Below are positions 41,301 to 53,500 of a stretch of DNA of 64,000 bases, piece after piece. Origin of the DNA: Octopus vulgaris. Its lineage: Eukaryota. The stretch spans positions 57,226,001 through 57,290,000 of the forward strand of contig OX597815.1 in the NCBI GenBank assembly GCA_951406725.2, given 5' to 3'. Made by a program: the position numbers and the translations under genes. Position 1 is the first letter of the stretch, and the number at the start of each line of letters is the position of its first letter. Below the pieces are notes generated by a model. The model did no database searches, had not been told where the DNA came from, and saw only the letters and a list, made by a program, of their open reading frames with translations.

Positions 41301-43014
41301 GCAGGCCTGCCGCTGTCACCCCCTACCTATAAGAGCCGCAGTTGTTATCTTTCGGGAATTTACGGGACGGACTACGTCACTGTATCGACCGCTTGTATCT
41401 TTCGATATCGGGCACGGTAGTGCGCCGGAGCAAGGGGCGACCGGCGCAGGCCTGCCGCTTGGGACCCCCCTGCGCGTATTCGATCGGTGAACGCACGGCA
41501 GCGTGTAGGCGGTGGTAGTATAGGTAGGGGGCGCCAGAGGTGGGTTTGCGCCATGTTTTCCCTGTTCGACTATTCGGCTAGTATAGGTAGAGGCCTGCGA
41601 CAGGCCTACGCAAGGCCTGCGCCAGGCATACGCCAGGCATACGCCAGGCCTCCGCCAGTCGCCCGGAGCTCCGCCGTGCTACCGTGCCCGATATAGAAAG
41701 AAGGAATCGAAGCTAGCGGTATCGCTCACGTACACGTGGACGTAGCCGCAACCGATCCCGTCAGTCGCCCTGAGTCTGTTGCGCTATGCACCTCGCGTGT
41801 ATTCCGTGACAGAGATCCGGCATCGGTCGCGGCTACGTCCAAGCGTACGTGGGCGATACCGCTTGCTTAGGTTCATTCTTCCGATATCGGGCACGGTTGC
41901 GTGATGGAGCAACGGGCGACCGGCGCAGCCCTGCCGCTGCGAACAGGGAAAGAAAGGTGAAAGCAAATTGGCGTGAAGGCGGCGGCCACCCGCCGGACTG
42001 ACGGCATCATAGGCTGACGTCTCAGCTATCTTGCCGAACGAGCCCGGAGACATCCACCTGCCGAATGCTAGACCTCAATATAGTCTGAAACCTCCTGGGG
42101 TGCGACGGTCAACTAGAGCGTGACTATCCAGTCGGGGCCGACCCACAAGCTTAAGGGTCTGATTTTTCTAACTTACGGGTCGAACCACGTCGTTGTACTT
42201 ACCCGGTACATGCCCGGTGACTGACGGCATCGGGAATTTACGGGATGGACCACGTCACTGTATCGACCGCATGTACCTTTCGATATCGGGCATGGTACGT
42301 GGGCGACACCTCGAGCTTTGATTCGTTCTTAATAGGTCGGGCATGGTAGCGCAGCGAAGCTCGGGGCGACTCCGCAAACCCTGCCACTGTCGGGCTCTAC
42401 CTATACTAGCCGTAGTTGTTATCTTTTGGGAATATTCGGGACGGACCACGTCGCTGTATTGACCGCGTGTATTTGATGACAGAGATCCGGCATCGTTCGC
42501 GGCTACGTCCTCGCGTACGTGGGCGATACCGTTAGCTTAGGTTCGTTCTTTCGATATCCGGCACGGTAGCGCGGCGGAGCACCGGGTGCCTGGCGCAGCC
42601 TGCCGCTGGCACAATGCGACGCGAAATAGAACGGTGAAAGCAAGGCAGCGTGAAGGCGGCGGCCACCCGCCGGGCTGAGTTCGTCTTTGGCTGACGTCTC
42701 AGCTATCTTCCCGAACGATCCCGAAGACATCCACCTGCCGACTGCTAGGCCTCAATATAGTCTTCCGGCTATATTGTCTATATATAGACTTCCGGCGACT
42801 GAAAGGATCGGTCGCGTGGACGTGCACGTGTGTGCATATAAGTGACTCTAGAAGATATTTTTTAGTTATCTCCCTTAAATTTATCATCAACAGAAGATAC
42901 AATTTTTTAATGTCTTCAGTTATTTCACTGCGGCCATGCCAGAACCTATTCTTTAATTTTAATTTAAGGGAGATTACTAAAAAAAATTTCTTTTAGAGTT
43001 ACTTCCCTTATCTT

Positions 43015-43046
<32 letters not shown>

Positions 43047-43048
<2 letters not shown>

Positions 43049-46000
43049 ACGTAAGGGACTAAAGCCATCTGAATATGGCTAGGGACAGGGCAGGGTGGTG
43101 GGGGTGTTACTGTTGCATTTAGCCCCAGGCGAACATCGACGTCACCAGAAAGGCTCGACACCGTCACGGTGCCCTAAACCTGCAAAGGGAGGTAATTCCC
43201 CGATGAAGCGGAAACCACACACGGACCATGGTTTCAAGGTGTATTGCCTATCATCGGCGTGTGGTAGGCCTCCGCTTCCTCGACGAATTCTCACTATGCA
43301 GGATTTCTTATATAGATTTTCAAGCAAAATACATTTGCTGATTTCGAAAATCTGTTCGAAAGCAATAATAATTCTCTAAAAGGGATATAGACAGTAACTG
43401 CTCGATAACATAAGGGACTAAAGCCATCTGAATATGGCTAGGGACAGGGCAGGGTGGTGGGGGTGTTACTGTTGCATTTAGCCCCAGGCGAACATCGACG
43501 TCACCAGAAAGGCTCGACACCGTCACGGTGCCCTAAACCTGCAAAGGGAGGTAATTCCCCGATGAAGCGGAAACCACACACGGACCATGGTTTCAAGGTG
43601 TATTGCCTATCATCGGCGTGTGGTAGGCCTCCGCTTCCTCGACGAATTCTCACTATGCAGGATTTCTTATATAGATTTTCAAGCAAAATACATTTGCTGA
43701 TTTCGAAAATCTGTTCGAAAGCAATAATAATTCTCTAAAAGGGATATAGACAGTAACTGCTCGATAACATAAGGGACTAAAGCCATCTGAATATGGCTAG
43801 GGACAGGGCAGGGTGGTGGGGGTGTTACTGTTGCATTTAGCCCCAGGCGAACATCGACGTCACCAGAAAGGCTCGACACCGTCACGGTGCCCTAAACCTG
43901 CAAAGGGAGGTAATTCCCCGATGAAGCGGAAACCACACACGGACCATGGTTTCAAGGTGTATTGCCTATCATCGGCGTGTGGTAGGCCTCCGCTTCCTCG
44001 ACGAATTCTCACTATGCAGGATTTCTTATATAGATTTTCAAGCAAAATACATTTGCTGATTTCGAAAATCTGTTCGAAAGCAATAATAATTCTCTAAAAG
44101 GGATATAGACAGTAACTGCTCGATAACATAAGGGACTAAAGCCATCTGAATATGGCTAGGGACAGGGCAGGGTGGTGGGGGTGTTACTGTTGCATTTAGC
44201 CCCAGGCGAACATCGACGTCACCAGAAAGGCTCGACACCGTCACGGTGCCCTAAACCTGCAAAGGGAGGTAATTCCCCGATGAAGCGGAAACCACACACG
44301 GACCATGGTTTCAAGGTGTATTGCCTATCATCGGCGTGTGGTAGGCCTCCGCTTCCTCGACGAATTCTCACTATGCAGGATTTTCTTATATAGATTTTCA
44401 AGCAAAATACATTTGCTGATTTCGAAAATCTGTTCGAAAGCAATAATAATTCTCTAAAAGGGATATAGACAGTAACTGCTCGATAACATAAGGGACTAAA
44501 GCCATCTGAATATGGCTAGGGACAGGGCAGGGTGGTGGGGGTGTTACTGTTGCATTTAGCCCCAGGCGAACATCGACGTCACCAGAAAGGCTCGACACCG
44601 TCACGGTGCCCTAAACCTGCAAAGGGAGGTAATTCCCCGATGAAGCGGAAACCACACACGGACCATGGTTTCAAGGTGTATTGCCTATCATCGGCGTGTG
44701 GTAGGCCTCCGCTTCCTCGACGAATTCTCACTATGCAGGATTTCTTATATAGATTTTCAAGCAAAATACATTTGCTGATTTCGAAAATCTGTTCGAAAGC
44801 AATAATAATTCTCTAAAAGGGATATAGACAGTAACTGCTCGATAACATAAGGGACTAAAGCCATCTGAATATGGCTAGGGACAGGGCAGGGTGGTGGGGG
44901 TGTTACTGTTGCATTTAGCCCCAGGCGAACATCGACGTCACCAGAAAGGCTCGACACCGTCACGGTGCCCTAAACCTGCAAAGGGAGGTAATTCCCCGAT
45001 GAAGCGGAAACCACACACGGACCATGGTTTCAAGGTGTATTGCCTATCATCGGCGTGTGGTAGGCCTCCGCTTCCTCGACGAATTCTCACTATGCAGGAT
45101 TTCTTATATAGATTTTCAAGCAAAATACATTTGCTGATTTCGAAAATCTGTTCGAAAGCAATAATAATTCTCTAAAAGGGATATAGACAGTAACTGCTCG
45201 ATAACATAAGGGACTAAAGCCATCTGAATATGGCTAGGGACAGGGCAGGGTGGTGGGGGTGTTACTGTTGCATTTAGCCCCAGGCGAACATCGACGTCAC
45301 CAGAAAGGCTCGACACCGTCACGGTGCCCTAAACCTGCAAAGGGAGGTAATTCCCCGATGAAGCGGAAACCACACACGGACCATGGTTTCAAGGTGTATT
45401 GCCTATCATCGGCGTGTGGTAGGCCTCCGCTTCCTCGACGAATTCTCACTATGCAGGATTTCTTATATAGATTTTCAAGCAAAATACATTTGCTGATTTC
45501 GAAAATCTGTTCGAAAGCAATAATAATTCTCTAAAAGGGATATAGACAGTAACTGCTCGATAACATAAGGGACTAAAGCCATCTGAATATGGCTAGGGAC
45601 AGGGCAGGGTGGTGGGGGTGTTACTGTTGCATTTAGCCCCAGGCGAACATCGACGTCACCAGAAAGGCTCGACACCGTCACGGTGCCCTAAACCTGCAAA
45701 GGGAGGTAATTCCCCGATGAAGCGGAAACCACACACGGACCATGGTTTCAAGGTGTATTGCCTATCATCGGCGTGTGGTAGGCCTCCGCTTCCTCGACGA
45801 ATTCTCACTATGCAGGATTTCTTATATAGATTTTCAAGCAAAATACATTTGCTGATTTCGAAAATCTGTTCGAAAGCAATAATAATTCTCTAAAAGGGAT
45901 ATAGACAGTAACTGCTCGATAACATAAGGGACTAAAGCCATCTGAATATGGCTAGGGACAGGGCAGGGTGGTGGGGGTGTTACTGTTGCATTTAGCCCCA

Positions 46001-46771
46001 GGCGAACATCGACGTCACCAGAAAGGCTCGACACCGTCACGGTGCCCTAAACCTGCAAAGGGAGGTAATTCCCCGATGAAGCGGAAACCACACACGGACC
46101 ATGGTTTCAAGGTGTATTGCCTATCATCGGCGTGTGGTAGGCCTCCGCTTCCTCGACGAATTCTCACTATGCAGGATTTCTTATATAGATTTTCAAGCAA
46201 AATACATTTGCTGATTTCGAAAATCTGTTCGAAAGCAATAATAATTCTCTAAAAGGGATATAGACAGTAACTGCTCGATAACATAAGGGACTAAAGCCAT
46301 CTGAATATGGCTAGGGACAGGGCAGGGTGGTGGGGGTGTTACTGTTGCATTTAGCCCCAGGCGAACATCGACGTCACCAGAAAGGCTCGACACCGTCACG
46401 GTGCCCTAAACCTGCAAAGGGAGGTAATTCCCCGATGAAGCGGAAACCACACACGGACCATGGTTTCAAGGTGTATTGCCTATCATCGGCGTGTGGTAGG
46501 CCTCCGCTTCCTCGACGAATTCTCACTATGCAGGATTTCTTATATAGATTTTCAAGCAAAATACATTTGCTGATTTCGAAAATCTGTTCGAAAGCAATAA
46601 TAATTCTCTAAAAGGGATATAGACAGTAACTGCTCGATAACATAAGGGACTAAGCCATCTGAATATGGCTAGGGACAGGGCGGGTGGTGGGGGTGTTACT
46701 GTTGATAGCCCCAGGCGAACATCGACGTCACCAGAAAGGCTCGACACCGTCACGGTGCCCTAAACCTGCAA
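43047..46771 (-). repeat. 359-bp tandem array (~10.4 units), hammerhead motif on minus strand; candidate non-LTR retrozyme
   Basis: Near-identical units; ORF track recurs every 359 bp (one 360-bp unit); begins at (TA)n. Confidence 0.95.
43205..43278 (-). ncRNA. Type I hammerhead ribozyme-like motif (first of 10 copies in the left array)
   Basis: Reverse complement of the motif at 46875-46948. Confidence 0.7.
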
Positions 46772-49303
46772 TTTTAGAGAATTATTATTGCTTTCGAACA
46801 GATTTTCGAAATCAGCAAATGTATTTTGCTTGAAAATCTATATAAGAAATCCTGCATAGTGAGAATTCGTCGAGGAAGCGGAGGCCTACCACACGCCGAT
46901 GATAGGCAATACACCTTGAAACCATGGTCCGTGTGTGGTTTCCGCTTCATCGGGGAATTACCTCCCTTTGCAGGTTTAGGGCACCGTGACGGTGTCGAGC
47001 CTTTCTGGTGACGTCGATGTTCGCCTGGGGCTAAATGCAACAGTAACACCCCCACCACCCTGCTCTGTCCCTAGCCATATTCAGATGGCTTTAGTCCCTT
47101 ATGTTATCGAGCAGTTACTGTCTATATCCCTTTTAGAGAATTATTATTGCTTTCGAACAGATTTTCGAAATCAGCAAATGTATTTTGCTTGAAAATCTAT
47201 ATAAGAAATCCTGCATAGTGAGAATTCGTCGAGGAAGCGGAGGCCTACCACACGCCGATGATAGGCAATACACCTTGAAACCATGGTCCGTGTGTGGTTT
47301 CCGCTTCATCGGGGAATTACCTCCCTTTGCAGGTTTAGGGCACCGTGACGGTGTCGAGCCTTTCTGGTGACGTCGATGTTCGCCTGGGGCTAAATGCAAC
47401 AGTAACACCCCCACCACCCTGCCCTGTCCCTAGCCATATTCAGATGGCTTTAGTCCCTTATGTTATCGAGCAGTTACTGTCTATATCCCTTTTAGAGAAT
47501 TATTATTGCTTTCGAACAGATTTTCGAAATCAGCAAATGTATTTTGCTTGAAAATCTATATAAGAAATCCTGCATAGTGAGAATTCGTCGAGGAAGCGGA
47601 GGCCTACCACACGCCGATGATAGGCAATACACCTTGAAACCATGGTCCGTGTGTGGTTTCCGCTTCATCGGGGAATTACCTCCCTTTGCAGGTTTAGGGC
47701 ACCGTGACGGTGTCGAGCCTTTCTGGTGACGTCGATGTTCGCCTGGGGCTAAATGCAACAGTAACACCCCCACCACCCTGCCCTGTCCCTAGCCATATTC
47801 AGATGGCTTTAGTCCCTTATGTTATCGAGCAGTTACTGTCTATATCCCTTTTAGAGAATTATTATTGCTTTCGAACAGATTTTCGAAATCAGCAAATGTA
47901 TTTTGCTTGAAAATCTATATAAGAAATCCTGCATAGTGAGAATTCGTCGAGGAAGCGGAGGCCTACCACACGCCGATGATAGGCAATACACCTTGAAACC
48001 ATGGTCCGTGTGTGGTTTCCGCTTCATCGGGGAATTACCTCCCTTTGCAGGTTTAGGGCACCGTGACGGTGTCGAGCCTTTCTGGTGACGTCGATGTTCG
48101 CCTGGGGCTAAATGCAACAGTAACACCCCCACCACCCTGCCCTGTCCCTAGCCATATTCAGATGGCTTTAGTCCCTTATGTTATCGAGCAGTTACTGTCT
48201 ATATCCCTTTTAGAGAATTATTATTGCTTTCGAACAGATTTTCGAAATCAGCAAATGTATTTTGCTTGAAAATCTATATAAGAAATCCTGCATAGTGAGA
48301 ATTCGTCGAGGAAGCGGAGGCCTACCACACGCCGATGATAGGCAATACACCTTGAAACCATGGTCCGTGTGTGGTTTCCGCTTCATCGGGGAATTACCTC
48401 CCTTTGCAGGTTTAGGGCACCGTGACGGTGTCGAGCCTTTCTGGTGACGTCGATGTTCGCCTGGGGCTAAATGCAACAGTAACACCCCCACCACCCTGCC
48501 CTGTCCCTAGCCATATTCAGATGGCTTTAGTCCCTTATGTTATCGAGCAGTTACTGTCTATATCCCTTTTAGAGAATTATTATTGCTTTCGAACAGATTT
48601 TCGAAATCAGCAAATGTATTTTGCTTGAAAATCTATATAAGAAATCCTGCATAGTGAGAATTCGTCGAGGAAGCGGAGGCCTACCACACGCCGATGATAG
48701 GCAATACACCTTGAAACCATGGTCCGTGTGTGGTTTCCGCTTCATCGGGGAATTACCTCCCTTTGCAGGTTTAGGGCACCGTGACGGTGTCGAGCCTTTC
48801 TGGTGACGTCGATGTTCGCCTGGGGCTAAATGCAACAGTAACACCCCCACCACCCTGCCCTGTCCCTAGCCATATTCAGATGGCTTTAGTCCCTTATGTT
48901 ATCGAGCAGTTACTGTCTATATCCCTTTTAGAGAATTATTATTGCTTTCGAACAGATTTTCGAAATCAGCAAATGTATTTTGCTTGAAAATCTATATAAG
49001 AAATCCTGCATAGTGAGAATTCGTCGAGGAAGCGGAGGCCTACCACACGCCGATGATAGGCAATACACCTTGAAACCATGGTCCGTGTGTGGTTTCCGCT
49101 TCATCGGGGAATTACCTCCCTTTGCAGGTTTAGGGCACCGTGACGGTGTCGAGCCTTTCTGGTGACGTCGATGTTCGCCTGGGGCTAAATGCAACAGTAA
49201 CACCCCCACCACCCTGCCCTGTCCCTAGCCATATTCAGATGGCTTTAGTCCCTTATGTTATCGAGCAGTTACTGTCTATATCCCTTTTAGAGAATTATTA
49301 TTG

Positions 49304-49304
<1 letters not shown>
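46772..49304 (+). repeat. Inverted 359-bp tandem array (~7 units), hammerhead motif on plus strand
   Basis: Reverse complement of the left array; ends in (TA)n. Confidence 0.95.
46875..46948 (+). ncRNA. Type I hammerhead ribozyme-like motif (first of 7 copies in the right array)
   Basis: gaagcgga-ggcctac-CACACG-CCGAUGA-u-AGG-caauaca-CCU-u-GAAA-CC-au-GG-UC^-CGUGUG-ugguu-uccgcuuc. Helices I, II and palindromic III all pair; GUC triplet, predicted cut after 46929. Confidence 0.72.
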
Positions 49305-49335
<31 letters not shown>

Positions 49336-49349
49336 AGATATATATATGT

Positions 49350-50290
49350 TTATTCCCCGATGTCTCAGCTATCTTGCCGAACGATGTTTTCTTTAGTTAT
49401 CTCCCTTACATCTGTCATTAACAGAATACAAGGGAAGTAACTCTTAAAGATGTTTTCTTTAGTTATCTCCCTTACATCTGTCATAAACAGAATACAAGGG
49501 AAGTAACTCTTAAAGTTGTTTTCTTTAGTTATCTCCCTTAAATTGTCTTTACCAGAATACAAGGGAGATAACTCTTAAAGATGTTTTCTTTACTTATCTC
49601 CCTTACATTTGTCAGTAACAGAAGATACAATTTTTTACTATTTTCCGTTATTTCACTGCGGCCGTGCTCCAGTCGACCAAATAGACCCCAGAACCTATTC
49701 CTTGTAGGCATAGTACTTAATCTATCGGCCTGTTTTGCTGAACCTATCAGTTACGGGGATGTGAACACACCAGCGTCGGTTGTCATGCGATGTTCGGGGG
49801 ATAAACAGATATACAAACGTGTGCGTAATCTCCCTTACATCTGTCATTAACAGAATACAAGGGAAGTAACTCTTAAAGATGTTTTCTTTAGTTATCTCCC
49901 TTACATTTGTCAGTAACAGAAGATACAATTTTTTACTATTTTCAGTTATTTCACTGCGGCCGTGCACCAATCGACCAAATAGACCCCAGAACCTATACTT
50001 TGTAGGCATAGTACTTAATCTATCAGATGGTTTTGCTGAACCCATCAGTTACGGGGACGTGAACACACCAGCATCGGTTATGATGCGATGTTTGGCAGGT
50101 TCTGGGGTCTATTTGGTCGACTGGAAATAACTGAAATTAGTAAAAAGATTGTATCTTCTGTTGATGACAAATAACTAAAAGGGAGATAACTAAAAAAAAA
50201 CATCTAGATTAACTTCATATATAAATACGTGTGTATGTCTGTTTATCCCCCGAAATCGCATCACAACTGATGCTGGTGTGTTCACCAGCT
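49350..50290. repeat. Short-period repeat (gttatctcccttac...acagaatacaagggaagtaactc) interleaved with SINE 3' fragments
   Basis: Same family at 42840-43010 and 62870-63560, i.e. flanking all 359-bp arrays. Confidence 0.75.
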
Positions 50291-50412
50291 AGCAAAAACT
50301 GTCCGACGAACGGCAACAGGAAACTAAAAGTAATAGGTATTGTTTAATATCTATACCGATATATATCTATACACACATACATAAATACATTCACATACGT
50401 ATATATACACAC

Positions 50413-50470
<58 letters not shown>

Positions 50471-50519
50471 ATATATACGTATGTGAATGTATTTATGTAT
50501 GTGTGATCATTATTTCACT

Positions 50520-53500
50520 ATTATTTCACACAGATTTTTATACATAGATTTTCATAACTAGATTTTCATACATAGACTTTAATACATACCTTGAATTTTA
50601 TATATACATAGATATATACTTAGATTTTCCTGCATGTATGTATGAAAAACTATGTACGAAAATGTATGAAAATCTATCTATGAAAATGTATATAAATCTA
50701 CGTACGAAAATGTATGTATGAAAATCTAGTTATGAATATGTATGTGTGTATAAAGATCTAAGTATGAAAATATATGTTACGTACAAAAATCGATGTATGA
50801 AAATTTAGGAAAAATTGGAATAAATTCATTGATTTCCATATAGAAATAGATAGATTTATGGATGCTTGAAAATTGTACGAAAATTGTCATAATCTCATTG
50901 AGTTTCATACATACATAGATTTCCATACGTTGAATTTTATACAGACATAGGAGAAAATCTGAAAAGCGATGTATGACAATTTTCAAACGTAGATTTTGAG
51001 GCATAAATAGATTTCATAGCTAAATATTCATACATACATTTGCATACCTAGATTTTTATCAATGAAAGTAATAAATTCGATTTATTAAAATCTGTACACA
51101 TAAAAACTAATATATGTATAAAAATCTATGAATGTATAAAAATCAATCTATGCATAAAAATCAATGTCTAAAAATCAATGTATGAAAATCTATGAAAATT
51201 TATGTATAAAATTCAACGTATGAAAATCCAGGTATGTTTCAAATCTAGGTATGTATGACAATTTTCATGCATTGGTGTTAATACATAGGTTTTAAAACAT
51301 AATCTTTCTATGAAAACCTATGTATATTTGAGAATCTATGTATGACAAATTTCATACATAGATTTGGATGCATATAAAGATTTTTATACATTAATTTTCA
51401 TGCATATATAGATTTCCATACGTTTTCAGGTATAGATTTTTACATATATCTAGATTTTCATACATAGATCTTCTACATATGAAAATCTGTAAATGAAAAT
51501 CTATGCTCGAAAACCAATGTATGTATGAAATTCAATGAATAAAAATTTATAAACCTCTGAAAATATATGTATGTATGAAAATGTATGTATGAAAATGTTA
51601 TACATAAAGAACTACACATTGATAGGTATAAAAATTTATGTATGCATAAATATCTAGGTAATAAGATGATGTAAGTACAAATATATATGTATGAAAATCG
51701 AAGCATATATAAACGTATGAAAATCTAGGTATGAATCTGTATGAAAATCTGCATAAAAATCAGTATGAAAATCAATAAATAAAAATCCATTTATGTTTCA
51801 TGATAAATGTATGAAAATCTATATGTATAAAATTCAATGTATTAAAATCTGTATGTATGCATACGTCTAAAAAATCTGTTTGTCTGAAAATCTATGTATG
51901 AAAATCAATATATGTCTGACAATTTTTATATATAGATTTTCATTTTATATATAGATTTTACATACATCGATTTTTATACATTGATTTTAATACATACATG
52001 CATATATGCATACCTAAATATTCATACGTACATTTTCATACCTAGATAATCAACGATGTATGTTTAAAATTCAACGTATGTATGAAAATCTGCATGTATA
52101 CATAGACTTCATATCTAGATTTTATACATTGATTTTGATACAAGGATTTCATTCATACATACATAAATCTATAAATCTATAGAATTCTATGTATAACAAT
52201 TTATATACATACATACATTTTCATAACTAAATTTTCAAACAAATATTTCGTAGACATTCTTATTTATATATGAATATGTACGTACAAAAATTTAGATATA
52301 GAGGAAAATCTAGGTACGAAAATTGTCATAATCTCATTGAGTTTCATACATACATAGATTTCCATACGTTGAATTTTATACAGACATAGGAGAAAATCTG
52401 AAAAGCGATGTATGACAATTTTCAAACGTAGATTTTGAGGCATAAATAGATTTCATAGCTAAATATTCATACATACATTTGCATACCTAGATTTTTATCA
52501 ATGAAAGTAATAAATTCGATTTATTAAAATCTGTACACATAAAAACTAATATATGTATAAAAATCTATGAATGCATAAAAATCAATCTATGCATAAAAAT
52601 CAATGTCTAAAAATCAATGTATGAAAATCTATGAAAATTTATGTATAAAATTCAACGTATGAAAATCCAGGTATGTTTCAAATCTAGGTATGTATGACAA
52701 TTTTTAAGACATTAATTTTCATGCATTGGTGTTAATACATAGGTTTTAAAACATATTCTTTCTATGAAAACCTATGTATATTTGAGAATCTATGTATGAC
52801 AAATTTCATACATAGATTTGGATGCATATAAAGATTTTTATACATTAATTTTCATGCATATATAGATTTCCATACGTTTTCAGGTATAGATTTTTACATA
52901 TATCTAGATTTTCATACATAGATCTTCTACATATGAAAATCTGTAAATGAAAATCTATGCTCGAAAACCAATGTATGTATGAAATTCAATGAATAAAAAT
53001 TTATAAACCTCTGAAAATATATGTATGTATGAAAATGTATGCATAAATATCTAGGTAATAAAATGATGTAAGTACAAATATATATGTATGAAAATCGAAG
53101 CATATATAAACGTATGAAAATCTAGGTATGAATCTGTATGAAAATCTGCATAAAAATCAGTATGAAAATCAATAAATAAAAATCCATTTATGTTTCATGA
53201 TAAATGTATGAAAATCTATGTACGTATGAAAATCAATGTATGTATAGAAATGTATAAATCTGTGTATGAAAAATCAATGTATGTATGACAATGTTCGATT
53301 TTCATACATCGATTTTTATACATACATTTTTATACCTAAATTTTCATCTATGTATGTATAAAATTCAATGTATTAAAATCTGTATGTATGCATAGACTTT
53401 CATATATATATATTATACGTCTGAAAAATCTGTTTGTCTGAAAATCTATGTATGAAAATCAATATATGTCTGACAATTTTTATATATAGATTTTCATTTT

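Larger units (their letters stand above)
34420..42830. repeat. CpG-rich diverged modular repeat block (rDNA intergenic-spacer-like or satellite), with local inversions
   Basis: Recurrent modules tatctcgtgacagcc, gatatcgggcacggtagcgcggcggagc, catccacctgccgactgctagccctcaatatagtctgg. Inverted segments at ~38960-39900 and ~41510-41790. Confidence 0.8.

Noticed and set aside
34612-42902. Arg-rich ORFs in the GC block, or bacterial contamination
   Set aside because: The sequence is repetitive, has no coherent proteins, and contains eukaryotic rRNA.
43199-43236. Second hammerhead on the opposite strand (ccgatga-agcg-gaaacca..tggtt)
   Set aside because: No helix II pair and no helix I complement; largely the mirror of the self-complementary real motif.
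47030-47100. Twister-like gtccctagcc..ttcaga motif in the unit
   Set aside because: P1/P2 and pseudoknot pairings could not be completed by eye.
43047-49304. CRISPR array or 5S/snRNA/tRNA gene cluster
   Set aside because: No unique spacers, and no recognisable 5S, U snRNA, 7SL or tRNA sequence in the unit.
43095-49421. Repeating 61/68/94-aa ORFs in the 359-bp units
   Set aside because: Non-ATG starts, no domain motifs, and broken by 1-bp indels in some units; by-products of repetition.
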